Program-made: the position numbers and the translations under genes
From: Carboxydothermus pertinax
Lineage (GTDB): Bacteria > Bacillota > Z-2901 > Carboxydothermales > Carboxydothermaceae
Assembly: GCF_001950255.1 (NCBI RefSeq)
Contig: NZ_BDJK01000014.1
Span: forward strand, 9,966-41,965
Length of the DNA stretch: 32,000 nt
Direction of reading: 5' to 3'
The notes under the pieces: model-generated
Database searches by the model: none
The model's input: the letters and a program-made list of their open reading frames with translations, nothing else
What the model was told of the DNA's origin: nothing
Shown here: positions 27,886-32,000 of the stretch, one piece after another
Position numbering within the stretch: position 1 is the stretch's first letter
Layout: the number at the start of each line of letters is the position of its first letter

Positions 27886-28992
27886 ATGAGTTCTGAAGTT
27901 TATTATGTAAATATGCATGCTCAAAAAGGCTCAAGTTTATTAGAAAAACTCGAACGTTTAATTGACCGTAGTGGTTTAATGGAAATTGTAGCACCCAATG
28001 ATCTAGTTGCAATTAAACTTCATTTTGGCGAAAGGGGTAATACTGCCTATATTCGGCCCCAATTCCTGAGAAGGATAGTTAATAAAGTAAAGGCAAAGAA
28101 GGGCAAACCTTTTCTTACTGATGCTAATACCCTGTATGTTGGAAGCCGCGCCAATGCTGTTGATCATTTAGAAACAGCTATTGAAAATGGCTTTGATTAT
28201 GCTGTAGTGGGAGCTCCTTTAATAATAGCCGATGGACTAACCGGTAAAGATTATATTAAGGTTCCTGTAAACCTTAAACACTTTAAAGAGGTAAATATTG
28301 GTAGTGCTGCTGTACTGGCAGATGCCTTTATAGCGGTAACTCACTTTAAAGGACATGAAGCAACTGGTTTTGGCGGTACTTTAAAAAACATCGGGATGGG
28401 ACTTGGAAGTCGTTCGGGAAAACAACAAATGCATTCCGATTTAAAGCCAGAAGTAAAAATAGATATATGCACCGGTTGCCAAAAATGTGCCCGTTGGTGT
28501 CCTGCCAATGCGATTTTTTATGAAAATAGAAAAGCAGTAATTAACTATGATCTTTGCATTGGTTGTGGGGAGTGTACTGCCACTTGTAACTTTCAAGCAA
28601 TAAAAATCAACTGGAAAGATGAAAAAGATGTTATCCAGGAAAAAATTGTGGAGTATACTTATGGGGTTTTAAAAGATAAAAAAGGAAAAGCTGCCTTCAT
28701 AACATTTTTAACAAATATATCACCGGATTGTGACTGCTGCAGCTGGAACGATATACCTTTGGTTCCGGATATCGGTATTTTAGCTTCTTTTGATCCTATT
28801 GCCATTGATCAGGCAGCTGTTGATTTGGTAAATAATGCAATATCATTAGAAAATTCAGTAATTGGGAAATTGGCCCCAGGAGTAGATAAAATTAAAGCCA
28901 ATAAGCCAGCCATAAATTGGGAAAAACAATTAGCTTATGGCGAAGCTATTGGCCTTGGAAGCAGAGATTATAAATTAATTGAAGTTAAATAG
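27886..28992 (+). CDS. DUF362-family protein with an inserted 2x[4Fe-4S] ferredoxin domain
   Basis: I prefer ATG 27886 (AAAGGGGGG at 27871-27879). The GTG 27859 in the ORF track would overlap the upstream gene. Motifs are VAIKLHFGE, FLTDANTLY, CTGCQKCARWCP and CIGCGECTATCN. The DUF362 assignment is from memory of the family pattern. Confidence 0.7.
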   Translation: MSSEVYYVNMHAQKGSSLLEKLERLIDRSGLMEIVAPNDLVAIKLHFGERGNTAYIRPQFLRRIVNKVKAKKGKPFLTDANTLYVGSRANAVDHLETAIENGFDYAVVGAPLIIADGLTGKDYIKVPVNLKHFKEVNIGSAAVLADAFIAVTHFKGHEATGFGGTLKNIGMGLGSRSGKQQMHSDLKPEVKIDICTGCQKCARWCPANAIFYENRKAVINYDLCIGCGECTATCNFQAIKINWKDEKDVIQEKIVEYTYGVLKDKKGKAAFITFLTNISPDCDCCSWNDIPLVPDIGILASFDPIAIDQAAVDLVNNAISLENSVIGKLAPGVDKIKANKPAINWEKQLAYGEAIGLGSRDYKLIEVK

Positions 28993-29794
28993 AAATTTTT
29001 TTAACAATTATGTCTAATTTAATGATCTCTATCCCGGTTTGTCTTTCAAATTCTTTAACTACTTGGGGAATGAAATTTTTAATTTGTTGAGGAATGTTTT
29101 GGCTTTTCTCAACCGCTACATCTACTTTTACTGCTAATTGTCCATAGGAGTAAGTTAATTCCACCTTTAAAACTCTTTTTATAGGTTTATTTTTGGTAAT
29201 AATAAAAGTTAAAATTTTTTCCAAGACTTCTTCAGCTATTGACAGCTTACCCCTTTCGTTATAGAAGGGTTTAACGATGGTTTTGTCAAAAACTGTTTTG
29301 TTTTGTTTACCCCTTTTAAAATAAACTCTTATTGGTTCAAAAAAAATTGAAGGTAATGATTTTTTAACTTCAAAAGCTGGAACTGGAATAACGTGTTTTC
29401 CAAGACGTGAACGCTGAAAACGGGCAAGTTTAATTTCTTCCGGTGATGCCACTTCTTCTATATATATATATTTTTGGGGTTTTTCAATGGATAAATTTTC
29501 ACATATTTTTTCTACCATATTTTTCGAAGTACCTAAAACTAAAATATTTGCTGATTTGTAATTTGCCAGAATATTTCTGGCCATCTCCCGGTGGAAATCA
29601 TCTTGAAAGAGGGCTACGCGGATAGCGGCAATTTTGGAATTCTGCTTTTTAGCGGAGACACCACCCAAAATCTGTTGCCCTTTAATAATTAAACCATCGT
29701 CAATTATTAATTGACAATTATTTTCATAGGCAATCAGAGCCGCTCGGTGACTTTTTCCTGTGCCGCTTGGTCCTACAAAACCGACTGTTGCCAT
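28985..29794 (-). CDS. Fusion protein: N-terminal HprK-like P-loop domain plus C-terminal Asp23/Gls24-like domain
   Basis: The only long minus-strand ORF in the window. AAGGAG lies upstream of its ATG (the complement of CTCCTT at 29802-29807, counted by hand). The N-terminus VGFVGPSGTGKSHRAALIAYENNCQLIIDDGLII resembles the HPr kinase P-loop plus following strand. The C-terminal roughly 90 aa (LSIAEEVLEKIL...LAVKVDVAVEKSQNIPQQIKNFIPQVVKEFERQTGIEIIKLDIIV) follows the Asp23 pattern. Confidence 0.65.
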   Translation of the reverse strand: MATVGFVGPSGTGKSHRAALIAYENNCQLIIDDGLIIKGQQILGGVSAKKQNSKIAAIRVALFQDDFHREMARNILANYKSANILVLGTSKNMVEKICENLSIEKPQKYIYIEEVASPEEIKLARFQRSRLGKHVIPVPAFEVKKSLPSIFFEPIRVYFKRGKQNKTVFDKTIVKPFYNERGKLSIAEEVLEKILTFIITKNKPIKRVLKVELTYSYGQLAVKVDVAVEKSQNIPQQIKNFIPQVVKEFERQTGIEIIKLDIIVKKISI

Positions 29795-29849
29795 TTACAA
29801 GCTCCTTTCTTCTTAAAAAGTCTGTAATTAATTTAGGAGGTGCAATGTA

Positions 29850-30683
29850 ATGAAAATGTGGTTTTATGAAAAGCATAATGAGAATTATCAAGTAGCCTGG
29901 CGGGTTTCTGATATATTATACCAGAAAAAAACTCCATATCAAAATCTTACGGTGGTAGAATTTGCTGAATTAGGTCGGGCCTTAGTTTTAGATGAGGCCG
30001 TACAAACTACTGAAAAAGAAGAGTATGTATATCATGAAATGCTTGTACATCCTGCTGCCTTTACCCATAAAGCTCCTCGAAAGGCTTTAATCATTGGGGG
30101 GGGAGATGGAGGAACTCTGCGGGAAGTTTTAAAACACGAGACAATTGAAAAGGTTGATTTAGTCGAGATAGATGAAGAAGTAATCAAAGCAGCAAGGGAA
30201 TATTTACCTTTTTTAAGTCAAAGTTTTAATGATCCAAGGGTAAACATTATAATTGACGACGGTATCCGCTTTGTAAAAAACGTTAAAAACACCTACGACT
30301 TAATTTTTGTTGACGCATCTGATCCAGTGGGACCAGCTGTAGTCTTATACAGCGAGGAATTTTACCGCTCTCTTTTCGATGCCTTAAAAGAGGATGGGGT
30401 TGTTTCAGTTCAATCTGAATCTCCAAATTTTTATCCAGAAATTTTTACTAAAATTGTTACCACATTAAAAGATATCTTTCCAGTTGTAAATATTGCTTTA
30501 GCCCCAGTACCGGCTTATATTAGTGGCTTTTTTGCTTTTACCGTTGCTTCAAAGTGCTATAATCCTAAGGAAGTTATTCCTAAAATTAATTTTGCTACCA
30601 AGTATTATAATGAAGATATTCATCAAGCTTGCTTTGCATTACCTAATTTTGTAAAAGAAATGCTTAAGTCCGCTAACCTTTAG
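29850..30683 (+). CDS. speE: Spermidine synthase (aminopropyltransferase)
   Basis: AGGAGGTG lies upstream of the start. The 277-aa product has blocks YQNLTVVEF..GRALVLD, EYVYHEMLVHP, IIGGGDGGTLREV, VEIDEEV and DASDPVGPA. Confidence 0.92.
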   Translation: MKMWFYEKHNENYQVAWRVSDILYQKKTPYQNLTVVEFAELGRALVLDEAVQTTEKEEYVYHEMLVHPAAFTHKAPRKALIIGGGDGGTLREVLKHETIEKVDLVEIDEEVIKAAREYLPFLSQSFNDPRVNIIIDDGIRFVKNVKNTYDLIFVDASDPVGPAVVLYSEEFYRSLFDALKEDGVVSVQSESPNFYPEIFTKIVTTLKDIFPVVNIALAPVPAYISGFFAFTVASKCYNPKEVIPKINFATKYYNEDIHQACFALPNFVKEMLKSANL

Positions 30684-30696
30684 CGGACTTTTTTAT
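30666..30696 (+). terminator. Rho-independent terminator after speE
   Basis: Perfect 10-bp stem aagtccgcta / tagcggactt with loop acctt, running into TTTTTTAT. The TAG stop of speE lies in the 3' arm. Confidence 0.8.
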
Positions 30697-30746
30697 AAAA
30701 AAAGGAATTTTACAATTTAAAAAGAATATAAAAAAGAGGGAAGAAA

Positions 30747-31172
30747 ATGGGAAACAAAGTTTTAAAAATGTTAAAAGAAGATAATTTTTCCCTACCGTCT
30801 TCAGAAAAAATTTTATTAAAATCTTTAAGTACCTTAACTCGAGAAGAGCGAAAAAAATATTACCAAGAATTGGTACCTATCTTAAAAAAATTAAAAATAG
30901 ACCTTAAAAGCTTTTTTAAAGCTAATCCTCAACAGCGGGAGAGATACTTAAATGCTTTAATTGAAGATATTCTTGCCAGTAATGGTAATATTAATATTTT
31001 AAATTTAACCATTATTAAAGCTTTAGGTTCACTTAGTTTTTATCATTTATTAAATAGTAAAGCTAAAGAAAGAAACATTAAACTTACATTGCAAACGAAT
31101 AATTTTACTTTTATAATTTGGCTTTTTGTATTTTTTTTAATTCTAATTTATATATTATTAAATAGGAGATGA
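30747..31172 (+). CDS. Hypothetical tail-anchored membrane protein
   Basis: AGAGGGAAG lies upstream of the ATG. The 141-aa product has a helical Lys-rich N-terminal part and a single C-terminal TM helix (FTFIIWLFVFFLILIYILL). I recognise no family. Confidence 0.5.
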   Translation: MGNKVLKMLKEDNFSLPSSEKILLKSLSTLTREERKKYYQELVPILKKLKIDLKSFFKANPQQRERYLNALIEDILASNGNINILNLTIIKALGSLSFYHLLNSKAKERNIKLTLQTNNFTFIIWLFVFFLILIYILLNRR

Positions 31173-31176
31173 AAGG

Positions 31177-31722
31177 TTGAGACCGTTTGAAAATGCCTTA
31201 AGAGATTTTATTTTTTTCTCTGGTAAACATCGGATTGCTGAACGCACTGGAGGTACCTTACGGGGAGATAAAATTTATCTATCATATCTTGGAAAAAAGT
31301 TTTACTTTGATTTAACTCGGTTTGCTTTTAGTACATTAAATCTTGACGAATTTGAGAAGACCTTAATTGTTCGCTATTTATTTCAGGCAAGCGGTTTTCC
31401 TCCAAAAAATAAGTGGCTGTCATTTTTAGATTTACCTGAAGGAATGCACCACTATCAACCTTTTGCCTATGAAGCCTTGAAACCTTTGGCCGAAAAGCCT
31501 CTAATTAAGGAAAGGCTTTACTCCTTGAATGCTGAAAAACTTTCTTATGGTTCGACATCGTTTTTAATATACCCGCTTCCTAAGATACCCATTGCAGTTG
31601 TTAAATGGAATAATCAAAAAGGTCAAGTATTATTTGACGAAATTTGCCTTACTTATTTGAAAACCGTTGATTTATATGTGCTTGGTATCAAGACGGTTAA
31701 CTATCTGACGGGCGGGATCTAG
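31177..31722 (+). CDS. Uncharacterised protein, probably DUF3786 family
   Basis: TTG start lies 7 nt after AGGAGA and 4 nt after the upstream stop. The pattern AERTGG...IYLSYLGKKFYF...LIVRYL...KWLSFLDLPEGMHHYQPF...LKPLAEK resembles the DUF3786 consensus as I remember it; this is unverified. Confidence 0.5.
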   Translation: MRPFENALRDFIFFSGKHRIAERTGGTLRGDKIYLSYLGKKFYFDLTRFAFSTLNLDEFEKTLIVRYLFQASGFPPKNKWLSFLDLPEGMHHYQPFAYEALKPLAEKPLIKERLYSLNAEKLSYGSTSFLIYPLPKIPIAVVKWNNQKGQVLFDEICLTYLKTVDLYVLGIKTVNYLTGGI

Positions 31723-31727
31723 AAAAT

Positions 31728-32000
31728 ATGTTTGGTTTCATGCGACTTCCCAAAAACTATTCTGATACTGAATTTGGAATAAAGTTTCGAGCTACTTATT
31801 GTACCCTTTGTCGGGAGTTGGGCAAAAACTTTGAAGGTTTTAAGGTAATAAACAACTATGATTTTACCTTTTGGGCCATTTTTATTGATACGCTCCTTGA
31901 AAATCATGAAAACCTTGAAGAGTTTTTTTGCCTTTATACCCTTAAAAAAAAATTTCGCTTTAAAAACCCTACTTATGGAATAACAAAAGCAGGATATTAT
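31728..32000 (+). CDS. Uncharacterised Cys-containing protein, probably DUF5685 family; the 3' end lies outside the window
   Basis: This ORF is not in the supplied track because it runs off the end. From ATG 31728 I hand-translated 91 codons without a stop: MFGFMRLPKNYSDTEFGIKFRATYCTLCRELGKNF...NNYDFTFWAIFIDTLL. The MFG(Y/F)-x-R-P...YCxLC...YDFTF pattern matches DUF5685 as I recall it. The antisense ORF 31719-31907 is rejected in its favour. Confidence 0.55.
   Translation, partial: MFGFMRLPKNYSDTEFGIKFRATYCTLCRELGKNFEGFKVINNYDFTFWAIFIDTLLENHENLEEFFCLYTLKKKFRFKNPTYGITKAGYY

Noticed and set aside
29795-29849. The 55-bp divergent spacer between the P-loop/Asp23 gene and speE as a shared regulatory region or riboswitch.
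   Set aside because: It is too short to hold a structured leader once both ribosome-binding sites are accounted for, and I see no palindrome or recognisable operator.
31719-31907. 62-aa minus-strand ORF at the 3' end of the window.
   Set aside because: It overlaps a + strand frame that stays open from ATG 31728 to the window edge and has a recognisable DUF5685-like N-terminus. The + strand reading is preferred.

Overview
This window looks like core chromosomal DNA from a low-GC, Moorella/Thermoanaerobacter-type anaerobic Firmicute; the taxon is inferred from gene content and order only. About half of it (6742-23831, + strand) is a complete, collinear acetyl-CoA (Wood-Ljungdahl) supercluster: cooC, acsA (CODH), acsB (ACS), acsC, a RACo-type corrinoid activator, acsF, acsD, acsE, then hdrC-hdrB-hdrA-mvhD-metV-metF. 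Upstream are the tail of a tetrapyrrole operon (hemB partial, a NirJ/Ahb-like radical SAM gene, hemL), a minus-strand four-tRNA operon (Pro-Tyr-Gln-Leu) with a consensus sigma-A promoter, a phasin-like gene paired with a UbiB/ABC1 kinase, and an exported hypothetical protein. Downstream are a PHP phosphoesterase translationally coupled to DnaD-like and DnaI/DnaC-like loader genes, a second UbiB/ABC1 paralog, a DUF362 Fe-S protein, a minus-strand gene fusing an HprK-like P-loop to an Asp23-like domain, speE, and a tight run of three uncharacterised genes that continues past the window edge. I found no CRISPR array, mobile element, rRNA, pseudogene or recognisable defence system, and no compelling new multi-gene system. 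The observations most worth follow-up are the internally duplicated 893-aa HdrA, the P-loop/Asp23 fusion, the two UbiB paralogs flanking the cluster (one preceded by a phasin-like gene), strong stem-loops that split the acs/hdr/met cluster into three blocks, and the truncated uncharacterised operon at the 3' end. All product calls come from reading motifs in the supplied translations; no database search was run.
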